From: Trypanosoma brucei
Lineage: Eukaryota
Assembly (NCBI GenBank): GCA_000002445.1
Contig: CP000068.1
Span: forward strand, 512,001 to 576,000
Reading direction: 5' to 3'
DNA length: 64,000 nt
Numbering within the stretch: the stretch's first letter is position 1; the number at the start of each line of letters is the position of its first letter. The notes under the pieces were generated by a model, which saw only the letters and a list, made by a program, of their open reading frames with translations, searched no databases and had not been told where the DNA came from. Shown piece by piece: positions 1 to 11,444 of the stretch. Both the position numbers and the translations under genes were made by a program.

Positions 1-170
1 TTTTCCTAATTTCCCTTTGTTGGGTAACGGTGGCATCTGCACTTTGCTGTGCTTTTTTTTTTTGGGGGGGGGCGTCACCTGTGTACACCTCGAGGTTTTT
101 TTGTGTTTTAGTTCGAATATTTTTGGTGCTTCCTTATCGAAGGGACTCGTCTGACCACGACAAAAGAGTT

Positions 171-190
171 GTAGTTTTTTTTTTTTGCAG
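171..190 (+). promoter_or_regulatory. poly-pyrimidine tract plus AG, a candidate trans-splice acceptor signal for the 231 gene
   Basis: The sequence gtagttttttttttttttgcag sits 40 bp upstream of the ATG. This is the typical kinetoplastid arrangement. Confidence 0.45.
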
Positions 191-230
191 AAGTAGGAAG
201 TGGAGTGACGAGAAGGACTAGTGCGTTCAG

Positions 231-989
231 ATGGAAAATAACGATACGACTCCATCCAATGCCAATTGTACTAGGGGCGATGGTGGTGTAGAGCGTGCCA
301 TGACTTGGGAGGAGTACAGAAAGAAATATGTGGAAGAGCAGCGGCGTAGGTTTCGGTTGCATCAACAGGGCATCAACAGAAATGATGGAGAAGGCGGGGC
401 TATTAGCGAAACAAATGCAAGTGCTCAAGCCTCTTCACTACCTTTACAACAGCCGACTCCTCAGCCAAATGCTCCGGAACAACAGCAACAGCAGCGGGAG
501 GAGGAGGAGGAGGGGGCGGGACAGCCAGTGCCACAACTGGTCAGAGCGGCACTGCGCCGAGGATTGACCCACTTTTTGAACGAAGAAACGGTAATTCAGG
601 GCCTCCGAGTTGTGGGACGGGCGGCGCTGGCGAGCGTACTTGTCTTTCGCTCTTTCAGTGTCTATAACGTTTTTGTGATGCTCGGGATTTACATGGGATG
701 GTGCTTGCTAAAATTCATGTTTTCCTCTGTGCGTGTGGAAGGGTCGAGTGAAAGGAAGAGAAATCAGGGAAGGGAATCCGTTCAACCGGAGGGAATCAAT
801 CCTGAAGGGACGGAGCCTCAAGCTGCACAAGCGGTTCAGCGTGTGACACCAGTTCGTAAGCTCCTTTATGTGATAACTCGCTGCGCCACCTCCTTTGTTC
901 TAAGCATATCTCCAACATATTCGGTGGAGCAGTTGGAGGCAGAGTTGGTTGCAGATGGCATAGTGGATCCTCATCTACATGTGGACTAA
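231..989 (+). CDS. hypothetical protein, Q/E-rich N-terminal half and a C-terminal hydrophobic (likely transmembrane) segment
   Basis: ATG-initiated 252-aa ORF. A poly-T tract then AG lies at 171-190 just upstream. There are no internal stops, and the hydrophobic stretch LASVLVFRSFSVYNVFVMLGIYMGWCLL is present. I recognise no domain. Confidence 0.45.
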   Translation: MENNDTTPSNANCTRGDGGVERAMTWEEYRKKYVEEQRRRFRLHQQGINRNDGEGGAISETNASAQASSLPLQQPTPQPNAPEQQQQQREEEEEGAGQPVPQLVRAALRRGLTHFLNEETVIQGLRVVGRAALASVLVFRSFSVYNVFVMLGIYMGWCLLKFMFSSVRVEGSSERKRNQGRESVQPEGINPEGTEPQAAQAVQRVTPVRKLLYVITRCATSFVLSISPTYSVEQLEAELVADGIVDPHLHVD

Positions 990-1079
990 ACAAAAATGGT
1001 TGTACCTCCATTGCAACTGTAACACCCCATGACTGAAGCGCCATGCAGTTGCTTTTCATTCACTTCTTTTCTGTGCTCC

Positions 1080-1082
<3 letters not shown>

Positions 1083-1126
<44 letters not shown>

Positions 1127-1156
1127 TATATGTGTGTATGTGTGTGTGTGTGTGTA
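1083..1156. repeat. compound microsatellite (TA)n followed by (TG)n
   Basis: A direct read shows about 19 TA units followed by about 14 TG units. Confidence 0.95.
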
Positions 1157-1640
1157 TGAGTTACGTATTGTTGAACCGCATTTTGCTTTTCTTTGTGCTG
1201 AAGGGTGGAAGCGGCATTCGAATAATGAGGTGGCGAGTAAGGGTGGACGGGTGCAAATGGTGTTTGGAAGGAGAAAAAAAAAACAGTGTCTCTATTATCT
1301 GCCTCTACTATCTTTACCTCCTCTCCTTCTTGCTGCGTCTGGTCGGATGTGTTGGGTCCCGGTTGTTGCCGACAATTCCATGATGCTAACGATGATTGCA
1401 TGTCATCTGCGTGGATGTATTTTATTTTTCCTTTGTCGCTTCACCCTTTTCACTCTATCAACTCCCTTCGCTGTCGCATGGCGTAAAGAGACAAGCAGCC
1501 ACAAGACGACACAGACAAGAAGCTAGCGAGCCTGTTCGTGTTTTTTTTTCCGTGGGTTTGAAAGGCGTGTGCGTGGAGTGACCTACGACGTTGGGTATTC
1601 ATTGTTGTACTGTGAAAGAAAAGAAAAAAACTTGCAGGGG

Positions 1641-2120
1641 ATGTCCCTCATTACTTCACCGGGCGATGCGGGGTTTGGGGTACTGCTTCTTTCCTTTGTT
1701 TGTGCATCAACGGTACTAATATTCTTGAAATTAGCTATTCGGAGAAGACAGCACTTAAAAGAGGCGGCGCCCCCAACCATTTTTATTCCCCGTGGTTACA
1801 CGGTCGAGGAACTTAGTGAGTATGATGGTGTGAAGTCGCCGCTTGCTTTTGTCGGGGTGCGGGGCATTGTTTACAACGGTGCCACTTCTTTTTACGGAAA
1901 CAATGCGCCTTACAACGCATTTGCGGGTAGGGATAGCTCGCGCCACTTTGCGAAAATGGATGTGGGACGGCAAGAAGCGAACATGGATTGGACGACACTT
2001 AGCCCATCACATATGAAAACTCTGATTGAGTGGGAGGCATTGCTGCGTAGTAAGTATGAGGTTGTGGGTTGGATTGTACCATCCGACAGTTTCTTTAAGA
2101 AGGATGAAAATTTAGCCTAA
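1641..2120 (+). CDS. membrane-associated progesterone-receptor-like protein with a cytochrome b5-like heme/steroid-binding domain
   Basis: The track ORF 1569-2120 opens with GTG; the first ATG is at 1641 (MSLITSP...). An N-terminal hydrophobic anchor (GFGVLLLSFVCASTVLIFL) is followed by YTVEELSEYDGVKSPLAFVGVRGIVYNGATSFYGNNAPYNAFAGRDSSRHFAKMD. That matches the MAPR/cyt-b5-like fold motif pattern (TxEEL..xDG ... GxxYdV... YxxFAGrDaSRa). Confidence 0.7.
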   Translation: MSLITSPGDAGFGVLLLSFVCASTVLIFLKLAIRRRQHLKEAAPPTIFIPRGYTVEELSEYDGVKSPLAFVGVRGIVYNGATSFYGNNAPYNAFAGRDSSRHFAKMDVGRQEANMDWTTLSPSHMKTLIEWEALLRSKYEVVGWIVPSDSFFKKDENLA

Positions 2121-2680
2121 TGATTCATCTGTGTGAAGGACTTTGTTTCCCGCTTTCACATTCAGTGCCCCACACGTAGGTATGAGCTACACGTGCATAA
2201 ATACCTCTAGAGAGGAGTGGCTAACGCTGACGTGCAGAAGGTACGTGTGTGAAATGGATTTATTGGACAATCAAGTTACCGTGAGCCTGCCTGTTAACCC
2301 GTAGTAGGTAGTTGCGGCTGCCACTGGCAGCAGAAGATCCTCCCACTTGCTGTTGTAATTGTGGTAGTATATTTTCTTTTCGCTGCAGCGTCATTTGCCT
2401 GATTTCTTCCACGGCATCTGTGCCTCGCCGAGTCCGCCGGACTGCCGACTCTTTGGACATGTGCTGGCCTTTTCCTCTCGCTCTTACCTGGCAACACGAA
2501 ATAACTCTCTTCCCTCCCCTGCTGCGCATATGCACACACACACACACACACACAAAGAAAAAAAAGTAAAACAAAAACAAGGACGGTACGGAGAATTCGG
2601 GTTTCCCCCATCGACTTCTTCGGCTCCTTCGCAAATTCTTTCTGAGAACCCGGTTGGTGCGGGAAATAAGCTAACAGTAT

Positions 2681-4672
2681 ATGCGCCCCAACTCGATGCT
2701 CCCAAACATTCCAAGAGACGTTTCCCCTCACGTTGTAGCGAACAATAAAACTTCTCCACGGAACACTCCTCACCACCCGGCACTTGCGGGGGTTGGGGGT
2801 CTTCCCTCCACACTTGTGGTTACTAGCGGAGAGGAGTTAACGGAGGAATCAAAAACATACACGCCCATCATCACTGCTTTGCGGGAGCGAGTTGCCAATT
2901 TGGAAGAGGCGCTACTTACTGCCTCCCGTTGTCTGGAGTTGGCAAAGTCTGTTGATGAGAATAACGACAGCTCCACACGTAACGCCGGGGTGCATCAGCA
3001 ATACTTTTGCGTTGATGAGGAACCATCACAGAATGGCGGCAACGAACTGATTAGCACCCGTGATGTAAACCTTACGGCAACATGGCCGCAAAAACTGCCC
3101 TCATGGTCACACGGAGAGAAGTTTCAGAAGTATAGGAAGGATATAACCAGCTGGTTTGGTTGCAATGAAAAACTAGTGGTTGACAGTTCCCCTGCGACTG
3201 AGATGGACGGGTCTGAGGAAGTAGTGGTGGTGCCGTGTGGTGGAAACGGGGGCGCCAGTACCAGTTGGAAGGTGCCAACGTCCTCCAACCTCCATGTTGA
3301 GCCGGTTATTGTGATAGATGTCACTGGCTTTGTGATGGCAAAAAGGGAGGCGGAGGCCAGCGCCTCGGCTGGTCGTACCGGTAACGAGGAACTGAAGGAT
3401 GATCTTACCGTGATTATTCGTGAGTTGAACGAAGAAAACGAGAGACTTCGGGAGGAGACTGCCGAGGTGGTTGTTAAACTAAGCGAGGAGAACAAGAAGC
3501 TGAAGGAAGAGACTTCCGAGGTGGTTGTTAAACTGAGCGAGGAAAACGAGAGACTTCGTGAGGAGACTGCCGAGGTGATCTACAAACTGAGCGAGGAGAA
3601 CAAGAAGCTGAAGGAAGAATCGAGTGAATTGGCTCGGCGTGTGGAAGAACGGGTAAAGCAGCGGCAGGATGAATCTGCTCAGGTGCCGTGGGATCTGACC
3701 GATGAGGAGGGCACAATACTCGGCAGACCCCCTGCGATGTGGCCGCCTTTGAGCGCCGCTATCCAGGAGGACCAATGTCGAGAAGCACAATTGGCGACGC
3801 TGCAAAACAACTTGAAAAATGCCGAGAGTAAACTTTCAGTCCTTCAGCAAGAGCGTGATGCAGCCCTTTCCGCAAGTAGTGATGCTGAGAAGTCGCTTGC
3901 ATCGTTACGAAAGGATAATGCGGCGTTGAGGGCAGAGGGCGTGCGGTTGCGAAGCGAAATGGAAAAAGCAAAAGATTTGATCTCCCAGTTAGAAACGGGG
4001 CTTAGTTCATGGTCAAGTAAGGAACGTGAGCTGCAGCGTCTTCGCATTTTGATGCGGTTCTCGGAGCTTAAGAAAGACAGCGACAGACTACCTGATGTCC
4101 TCGGGCAGGTACAGCAGCTCGAGGAGGAGCGTGGCCGCTGGTTGGAGGAGAAGAGGCGTTTCCGTGACATGATTGAAAGATACCAGCGCCGCCTGGAGGA
4201 ACTCGAGTGCGAGTGTAACGTTCTCAAAGAAGGCAAGGCAGTATACGTTGAGGCGGAGAAAAATGCGGGGAGCTCCCCGGTTGGGCCCTCGCCTGGCGTG
4301 TCGAGTTCGTGCGACTCGATGTCAGGTGGGCGTGCCCCTGCCGAGCGCACATCGGACTCAGGTCAACCACCCAGCGAAGGCAGTAGTAGCAGTGTTAGCA
4401 CTGTTCAGATATTAGAGGTGAAGCCGCAACATCGGCCACAGCGTCCCGCAACTGCCATGGTAGGAGAAAAACGACTGTCTGGAAGTGCGGCACTGAACTT
4501 GAGGAGACTTCAAAGCGTTACTGAAAGGCCGCGCTCCAGCAGACCTGTACTTTCCATCAACAAGATATACACAGCCGCCGCAAATGCCAGCACCAACAGA
4601 AGCCCAAGGCTCAGGAAGCTGCTCAATGACGTGACATCTTCAAGAAAGAAGAGGCGGTCCACAACCTACTGA
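2681..4672 (+). CDS. coiled-coil protein with internal about 22-aa tandem repeats (hypothetical)
   Basis: ATG-initiated 663-aa ORF. It contains four heptad-rich repeats, EENERLREETAEVVVKLS / EENKKLKEETSEVVVKLS, at 3421-3620. The downstream sequence is charged and coiled-coil-like (LKNAESKLSVLQQERDAALSASSDAEKSLASLRKDNAALRAEG). The C-terminus is S-rich and basic. Confidence 0.6.
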   Translation: MRPNSMLPNIPRDVSPHVVANNKTSPRNTPHHPALAGVGGLPSTLVVTSGEELTEESKTYTPIITALRERVANLEEALLTASRCLELAKSVDENNDSSTRNAGVHQQYFCVDEEPSQNGGNELISTRDVNLTATWPQKLPSWSHGEKFQKYRKDITSWFGCNEKLVVDSSPATEMDGSEEVVVVPCGGNGGASTSWKVPTSSNLHVEPVIVIDVTGFVMAKREAEASASAGRTGNEELKDDLTVIIRELNEENERLREETAEVVVKLSEENKKLKEETSEVVVKLSEENERLREETAEVIYKLSEENKKLKEESSELARRVEERVKQRQDESAQVPWDLTDEEGTILGRPPAMWPPLSAAIQEDQCREAQLATLQNNLKNAESKLSVLQQERDAALSASSDAEKSLASLRKDNAALRAEGVRLRSEMEKAKDLISQLETGLSSWSSKERELQRLRILMRFSELKKDSDRLPDVLGQVQQLEEERGRWLEEKRRFRDMIERYQRRLEELECECNVLKEGKAVYVEAEKNAGSSPVGPSPGVSSSCDSMSGGRAPAERTSDSGQPPSEGSSSSVSTVQILEVKPQHRPQRPATAMVGEKRLSGSAALNLRRLQSVTERPRSSRPVLSINKIYTAAANASTNRSPRLRKLLNDVTSSRKKRRSTTY

Positions 4673-5769
4673 TTTCGTCACGGATGTAGTTTGTATATAC
4701 CTTCAATGCGAGGGTTGTCGTTGGTTTCGTTTTTTTTGTTTTTAATCCTTCCTTTCACTTTTTCACGCTGCCATGGTCAGCTTACCTCACCCCGACAGGT
4801 GGAAGGGCATGTCAATGTATCAGTGTGCTGCCCGTGCCTTCGGCTATATGTACGAATACACATATTTATTTGTTTGATCATACGCATTGTTTTTTCTTTT
4901 GTTTTCCGACCGGTGAGGTTCAGTGGGAAAACGAAAAAGCAATATATATATATATTAAAAAACGGGTCCCTAGAAGCAAAATTCAGAGTGGAACGCTTTG
5001 CAGTAGACCAAAAGGAAGAAATACGCGCTTGCGTACTTTCCCAGTCTTGTAGATGAGTTCTCAACATCACTTTTTTCTTTGAAAATCTTCTATTTGTTTC
5101 AAGTAAAAATTTTCATTTCCACCCTGAGCCCCGTTGGTTGTGCTACGGTACCTTACTCTTCTCTTCCTCTTAGTATATTACTACTTCCACGCATTTCTTC
5201 CCGATGATCCTTTTTTTTTTTTTTAAAAAGGAATACACCTACCGTTATTTCTTACCCCCTTTCAGTGAATGTTATCAAAACTAAGCTAAGGCATTAATAC
5301 CGTTAATACCGCAAAACGCTATACAAGAAAGGCCTCCACTAGCGAAAAGCAGATATCGTAAGTTTAAAAGGAAAAAGGTGTTGCGAAGTGTATAGCAAAT
5401 ATATTGTTGTGGGAGGCACTAGCCGGTTTGACATGGTGAGGAAGTCAGTAGAAGAAAAAGACAAAGAACAGCCACATGTTCAAACTTGCGGTAACTTCAG
5501 TCGAACACAATCGACCTAGGAAACTACACCTTCCCCCTTTTTTGTTTTAGTCTACAAAACCATTTATATTCGTGCACTTGGCCGTCACCAGGCCCTGGGC
5601 CACACATCCTCTGACTCGTATCTTTTCCTCTTTCACTTATGTGTGTATGTGTTTCATTGGTCGTAATTTTACCCCTCTTCTATAGCTCAAGAAGTGTTGT
5701 AGTGCACATTAAAGCCGACCGCATCTGTTGGTGTGCTGCATTTGTGTTCGTGCCCTTCCTTTGACGGCA

Positions 5770-7821
5770 ATGAGCGGCAGTGCAACTACGGCTCTGGCCC
5801 CTCATGAGTATCGTGAGCAGTCAGAGGCCGGTGCCAATCTGTCAGATTGTGTATTTCAATCAACAGCGTCTGTAGAGGTTGAGAGCGCATCTGGTGCAAT
5901 TGTTACTCACAGGTTAGTGGATGAGGAGTCGGGCATGCGGGCAGATGCCAACTCTCGCTGCGCTAATGGGACTGAAATGCCTGAAGTAGCCCATGTTAGC
6001 GATGAGTCTCGTGTAGATGCTGCAGAGGGCGTTGCGCCTCAAGTCTCCATGAAATTGGATCAGAGAGCGGATCAAAACTGCACAGATGCGGCGGAACGTT
6101 CTGGTGGTGCTGTTTTAACTCAACCTAGTGGCGGTGGTTGCGGAACAGGCAAGAATGCCAATGATCCAGCCATGGTTTCATGTGTAGCGGCGAAAGACAT
6201 GCTTGAAGTGAAAATGGGTAAGAAGACAATGGGACGGGCAGATCCCGTACATAGTGCGGGGCTTAGTGCCATTATGCGTCCTCGTTTGATGACTGTGGCC
6301 CGTAGAGGGCAGGCAGTTGCATCTTCCCTTTCGACTGAGTCTCTGGCAGTGCGTGCTGCTTCGTCGACCAAAGATGGTCATGGTGAGCGAGTTGCAACTC
6401 ACGTGAATGCCACAACCTCCGATGTTGTAGGCGCTGCATCAGATATCCAGTCTAATAGTGTGCCAAGTGCAGAACCACGGTTGAGTGGCCGGCATAATGA
6501 TGATGAATCAAAGCAATCTAGTACAGGTATGCATGTCGCTAATCACAATAACCACGATCATCGTAGGCAGGATGCATTTGCACCCCAAGTACGTTCTTCA
6601 GGTGTTGTTACTACTGTTTCTACTGCTATTACCAATGCCGTCCCAGTGCCTGCGAATGTTACTTTCACAACGTGGGCTTCCAGCGGTAGGAACCCTCGTC
6701 CAATAGTTGCTCTTAGTGTTCATCTGTCTGAGCTGTATCGGCGCATAGATGAGTTATGTTGTCAACAAAGAAGGATGGCAGAACCAGAGCCAAAATACAA
6801 TGATGGCTTCGATGACAAGGAGGGACATTACTTGGTTCTTTATGGTGAGGAGATACTCAATCGGTACACTGTGCGTGAGTTACTGGGGAAGGGTAGTTTT
6901 GGAACTGTCGTTCGATGTTTTGATGCGAAACGACAGAAGAATGTTGCACTCAAGATAACTCGTCGTGGACTTAGTTTTCGAGCGCAGGCGGAATTGGAGT
7001 TTGACATCCTCTCGGGCCTGAACGGAAATCCCCGTCTCAATAACCTCGTTGTGAAGTTATTCAAGGCGTTTAATTGGCGGGGACACCTTGTCCTTGTATT
7101 TGAACTGCTCACCTACAACTTGTATCAACTCATCAAGCACACGGGTTACCGTGGAGTTGGACCTCGTGTGGTGCGGAAGTTTGCCTTTCAGTTGGTCCAA
7201 GCTCTACGTGAGCTGGAGGAGGCGAAGCCCAGTCCAATCATTCACTGCGACATCAAGCCCGAGAATATACTGCTGAAGTATCCCAATCGCAGCAGCATCC
7301 GCCTCATTGATTTTGGCTCCGCAACTTATACCAACAATGTTATCCATCGTTACATTCAAAGTCGTTATTATCGCAGTCCTGAGGTTATTTTATACTTGGA
7401 ATATGGAACTGCGATTGACCGATGGTCATTAGGCTGTGTGCTTGTTGAGTTATATACGGGGTTACCGCTATTTGATGGGAAAACAGAGGCAGCACAGCTT
7501 GCACGTTTTGAAGCTCTGCTTGGCCCCGTGCCAGTTGATATGTTGGAGTCATCACCGAAACTAAATGGATTTTATGAAAAAGTGGGTCGGAACTACAAAT
7601 TAAAGGAGCCTCTTCCGCCGCATCGGTCCCTGAAAGCCGTTCTCGGTCTTATGGATGGTGCCACTCCTCAAGAAGCTCGCAGGATTCCATTGGAAGATGA
7701 GGTGGAGGACGCCCTTCAGTTATATGACTTTGTTAGCCGCCTTTTGCGCTACAGAGCCTCTGAGCGCATGAGTTGTGAGGAGGCATTACGTCACCCCTTT
7801 TTAGAACCGATGAAGCGATGA
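5770..7821 (+). CDS. DYRK-family dual-specificity protein kinase with a long low-complexity N-terminal extension
   Basis: The track ORF opens with TTG at 5728; the first ATG is at 5770. A DH-box-like YNDGFDDKEGHY precedes the kinase domain. The domain carries a glycine loop LGKGSFGTV, VALK, HCDIKPENILL, DFGSA, an activation loop IQSRYYRSPEV (YxY) and DRWSLGCVLVELYTGLPLF. Those are canonical DYRK/CMGC signatures. Confidence 0.85.
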   Translation: MSGSATTALAPHEYREQSEAGANLSDCVFQSTASVEVESASGAIVTHRLVDEESGMRADANSRCANGTEMPEVAHVSDESRVDAAEGVAPQVSMKLDQRADQNCTDAAERSGGAVLTQPSGGGCGTGKNANDPAMVSCVAAKDMLEVKMGKKTMGRADPVHSAGLSAIMRPRLMTVARRGQAVASSLSTESLAVRAASSTKDGHGERVATHVNATTSDVVGAASDIQSNSVPSAEPRLSGRHNDDESKQSSTGMHVANHNNHDHRRQDAFAPQVRSSGVVTTVSTAITNAVPVPANVTFTTWASSGRNPRPIVALSVHLSELYRRIDELCCQQRRMAEPEPKYNDGFDDKEGHYLVLYGEEILNRYTVRELLGKGSFGTVVRCFDAKRQKNVALKITRRGLSFRAQAELEFDILSGLNGNPRLNNLVVKLFKAFNWRGHLVLVFELLTYNLYQLIKHTGYRGVGPRVVRKFAFQLVQALRELEEAKPSPIIHCDIKPENILLKYPNRSSIRLIDFGSATYTNNVIHRYIQSRYYRSPEVILYLEYGTAIDRWSLGCVLVELYTGLPLFDGKTEAAQLARFEALLGPVPVDMLESSPKLNGFYEKVGRNYKLKEPLPPHRSLKAVLGLMDGATPQEARRIPLEDEVEDALQLYDFVSRLLRYRASERMSCEEALRHPFLEPMKR

Positions 7822-8228
7822 AATTAGCTGGCAATTACTCCAAGCGCCTATCCCATGTCAGATGTTGATATGAGAAGAAAACAAAGGTGATGAAGTAAGA
7901 AATGGATGCGATCGGTAAGGGAAGTGAGAGAAAGCGAAAGAGAAAGAGAAAAAAGAAAAGAAGGAGAGGGTGAAAGCGTCACTTCGTTTATGATTGCCCA
8001 GGGCTGAGAGTAACAACAGCAGCAACAAAGTAATAAACACCGATGCTAACGAACGGGTGAAGGGAGTTGTTTGGGAATCTGATGAGTAAAGAGAGGATGA
8101 GGAACGCCGGCGGTGAAATAAAAAAAATGTCTGGCAGCTGCAGGGTGACTTGAAGTGAAAAAAAGAAAAAAAGAAAAGCAAAATAGTACCCATCCAATAT
8201 GCGTTCCCTGGGAGTCTGAGTGAGGGGT

Positions 8229-8302
8229 GAGGAGAGGAGAGGAGAGGAGAGGAGAGGAGAGGAGAGGAGAGGAGAGGAGAGGAGAGGAGAGGAGAGGAGA
8301 GA
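8229..8302. repeat. (AGGAG)n pentanucleotide microsatellite, about 15 units
   Basis: A direct read shows gaggagaggagagg... through 8302. The track ORF 8227-8526 (RGEERRGEE...) is its translation. Confidence 0.95.
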
Positions 8303-10403
8303 GGAACTCCATAATTGTTGGTTTTCTTTTGTTTTCTTTTTTTTTTTTAAAGGAAAACCCCCTCTTATATTGCCGTTGCGTATCACTGGCTGATAAAGAT
8401 TTTGTGTCGTCAGGTTGGTTCAATGCTGTTTTTTTTTCCCCCTTTCCTGCCCGCATCTTCGATCCTGTCGGCGGTCACTTTCACTTTTGCTCTCACTGTC
8501 GCTTTCGTTTTTTTCTTTTCTTTTAAGGGTTCGTCACATTAACCACTGAAAAGGAGCAATCCCTGTATGAAGAATGGCTGCCTTCCTACTGTTATCATAA
8601 TTGTTATTGTTTGGAATCATGGGAAGAAAACATATGCGGGAGAAAAGGGATGGTAATACGGTAGTACACATCAGGGGCAAATAACTAAACAGCTGAGTTT
8701 GCGAAGTTTCTTTTTTTCTTTTTCTCTTTTTTTTTCCCCCCTCTCTCTCTCTCTCTTTCTAATTTATCCGTGAGTGGGGGTGATTATTGGCTTTCTTATA
8801 TCAGCGATGGCTCATTGCGTGTTGATTAGTATTTAAAAAAAAAAAAAAAGCAAAAACAAGAAGAAAAAAAAGCTCGAGATCACCAACGGTAAACAAGCAA
8901 TAAAACAAAACAGAAAAAATAAAAGTAAAAAAAAAATATATATATGATATTCAAACTCGGAAAGCGGAGGTCATGGACCACCCAAGCAACCGCAACAAAA
9001 GTAAAATAATGGAAAAAGAAGAAAAAAAGAAAGAAAAGATAGAAGGCGAAGCCAACAGGGGAAGTGACAGAATGAAACGTCTGACGAAACAAAAAAGATG
9101 AACTGAGGAAATAAAATGGAGACACAGAAGGGGAAATATATAAAAAGTGAAAGTGAGAAAAAAAGAAAGAAAAGAAGCCCTTCACGATGGCGGTGGAATG
9201 GATTGCAGTGAGTGGAACCTAAATAAATATAAATATATATATATGTTTGTTTGTGGGTGTTTGTGGGTGTTTGGAAATAGCCAAACGATATCGAGCAGAT
9301 GCTGAAAGGAAGTTGTCATGCAAATAAAGTGAAGGCAAATAACAAAGGAGAGGGAGCGAGGGAGGGAGAAAAAGAGAAAAAAAAAAGAAAAAAGAAAAAA
9401 AGAAAATAGAAAGAGACATTCAAAGACGTAAAGCAGAAAACACAAAACAGAAAACAACAACAACAACAATACCATTAATAAGTGGGAGAAATGCGTAAGT
9501 AATGAAATGCGCCGTGGTCCTGCGTGCGAGGTCGTGGTTTCAGTGGTTGACCATTTTGTTTATGTTTTTACCCCCTTCCCTTTTTCTTTTTTTTTTTAAA
9601 AAATATCTGTCGTGGATGGGTTTCAGTTCGGCTAGTGCGTTTATATTTAGATATTTATGTTTTTTATGTATGCTTCATACATGTAAACATATATATATAT
9701 ATTATTTTTTTTTTTTGAAAGAAAATATATGTGCGTGCGCGGTGCCGACTGATAAGAAAAAAAAAAGAAAAAGAAAATTTATTAACATTACGAGCGTAAA
9801 TTTCGACATTTTTGCGCCGTATTTGAGTGCTTTAAAGTTATCCATAGATTTCCATGCTTCCGGCGTGTGTGTGTGAGAGAGAGTGTGTGTGTTTTGTGTT
9901 TTGTGTTTTGTGTGCGTTATTTGGAGTATGCGGCCGCTACGCAGGAAGGTAGCTGGAACTTCTTTTTGTTTTTTATTTTTAAAAAGTTAAAAGTTAAAAA
10001 GAATCGGGGAGTGTTTAACCAAAAGCAAAGGGAAGGAGAGGAGAGGAGAGGGGAGGGGGCAAAAAAAAAGTTCGTTACGGCAGAAGAAAGAGAGGGAGGA
10101 AAGAGGAGGAAACTAAACATGAATGTCAGGTTTTGCTTCTTTTCATTTTTTAAATTTAAATTTCGCTGCCACAGTTGCGTGCCGTTTCGCTCATTATTTT
10201 CCTCTCGTTTTCCCATATATATTGATATATACATTTCTTATTATCACTATTGTTATCATTTTAGTGGTTTAAACCCCTTCTTTTATTCTTATTGTTATTA
10301 TTACTTTCCTTTCCCCCATTCTTTTTCTCTACTGTTTGTCCTTGAGGGATTATATTAGTAACCCTCATACTTCGCCTTTTTCACTTTTATATGTTATATA
10401 TAA

Positions 10404-10404
<1 letters not shown>

Positions 10405-10443
<39 letters not shown>
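10405..10443. repeat. (TA)n(TG)n compound microsatellite
   Basis: Direct read. Confidence 0.9.
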
Positions 10444-11393
10444 AAGGTTACATAAATTTTAAATAATATATTATCAAATTTATTGTCCAAAATTTGTTTC
10501 TTTTCTCCCTTTAGTTTTCTTCCTACAAAATTTTGAGTTGCCCCTCCGAGTGGTCAGCACCGATACGTGGCCGCCTTTTTTTTTTTTGAATATAAATAAA
10601 TAAATAAATAAATATATATATATATCTTATCTTTTTATTGTTTGGTCTTATTTGTATATGCTTCCATTCCATTCCATTCCCTTCACTCACCTGTCCTTTA
10701 CCATCTAATTCAATCCAATCCGTTTCTTTTTTTTTATATAAAATTATCATATCATCCTGCAGGCGTATATATATATATATATATATTTATAATTATTGCT
10801 ATTGTGATCGATGTTATAAACGGCGAAAGGTGAGGGGGAAAAAACAACAACAACAACAACAACAAAAGAAAAAAAAGAAAAAGAAAGTGAAAAATTCCCA
10901 TTATTGCCCAGGGTTGCAAGGTTCATGTGAGGGAGAGGAAAATTAATGTGTGTGCGCTTGTATATATATATATATATTTATTTATTTATTTATTCATTTA
11001 TATAATGCATTTATATGTTTTTTCCCGTTATATTCAAATATATGTGTGAACGTGTTGTGTCTGCGGAAACAAACAAATAAACAAAAAAAAAGGGTGAGGG
11101 AAGGAAAAAAAAATGTCTGTGAAACACTCCCCCTTTTTCTTCTAATGTGTGCATTTGCATTGTCCGCTTAGATGCGTTGCCTGCAACTAGCACCTTGGCA
11201 GCATTTCATTCATTCATTCGTTTTGTTATTATTATCATCATTATTACTATTATTTAACTTAGCGGTTTTGGATTTACTTTACTTTTCTTTTTTCCTTCCC
11301 TTTTGTGTATGTTTATTTTACCTTTCTTTCATCGCACTGACTTGTGCCAAAGCCTTTTTACCGTGTCCGGTTGTTATTATCATCATCATCATC

Positions 11394-11394
<1 letters not shown>

Positions 11395-11444
<50 letters not shown>
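11395..11444. repeat. (TTA)n trinucleotide microsatellite, about 16 units
   Basis: A direct read shows ttattattatt... ending in gcgctt at 11445. Confidence 0.95.

Noticed and set aside
100-115. The ttcgaat-type motifs (e.g. agttcgaatat at about 104, tgttcgaatat at about 30625) that resemble tRNA T-loops.
   Set aside because: The surrounding sequence lacks acceptor/D/anticodon stem complementarity. No tRNA, rRNA or snRNA could be supported by eye. A tRNAscan or Infernal run would be needed to exclude small RNAs, especially in the long spacers.
3124-4350. Minus-strand ORFs 3124-3495, 3479-3805 and 3844-4350 inside the coiled-coil gene, and similar antisense ORFs inside other genes (13003-13724, 16963-18237, 23151-24069, 46064-46979).
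   Set aside because: They are antisense shadows of GC-rich, repeat-containing coding regions, which typically lack stops on the opposite strand. All convincing homology and start signals are on the + strand.
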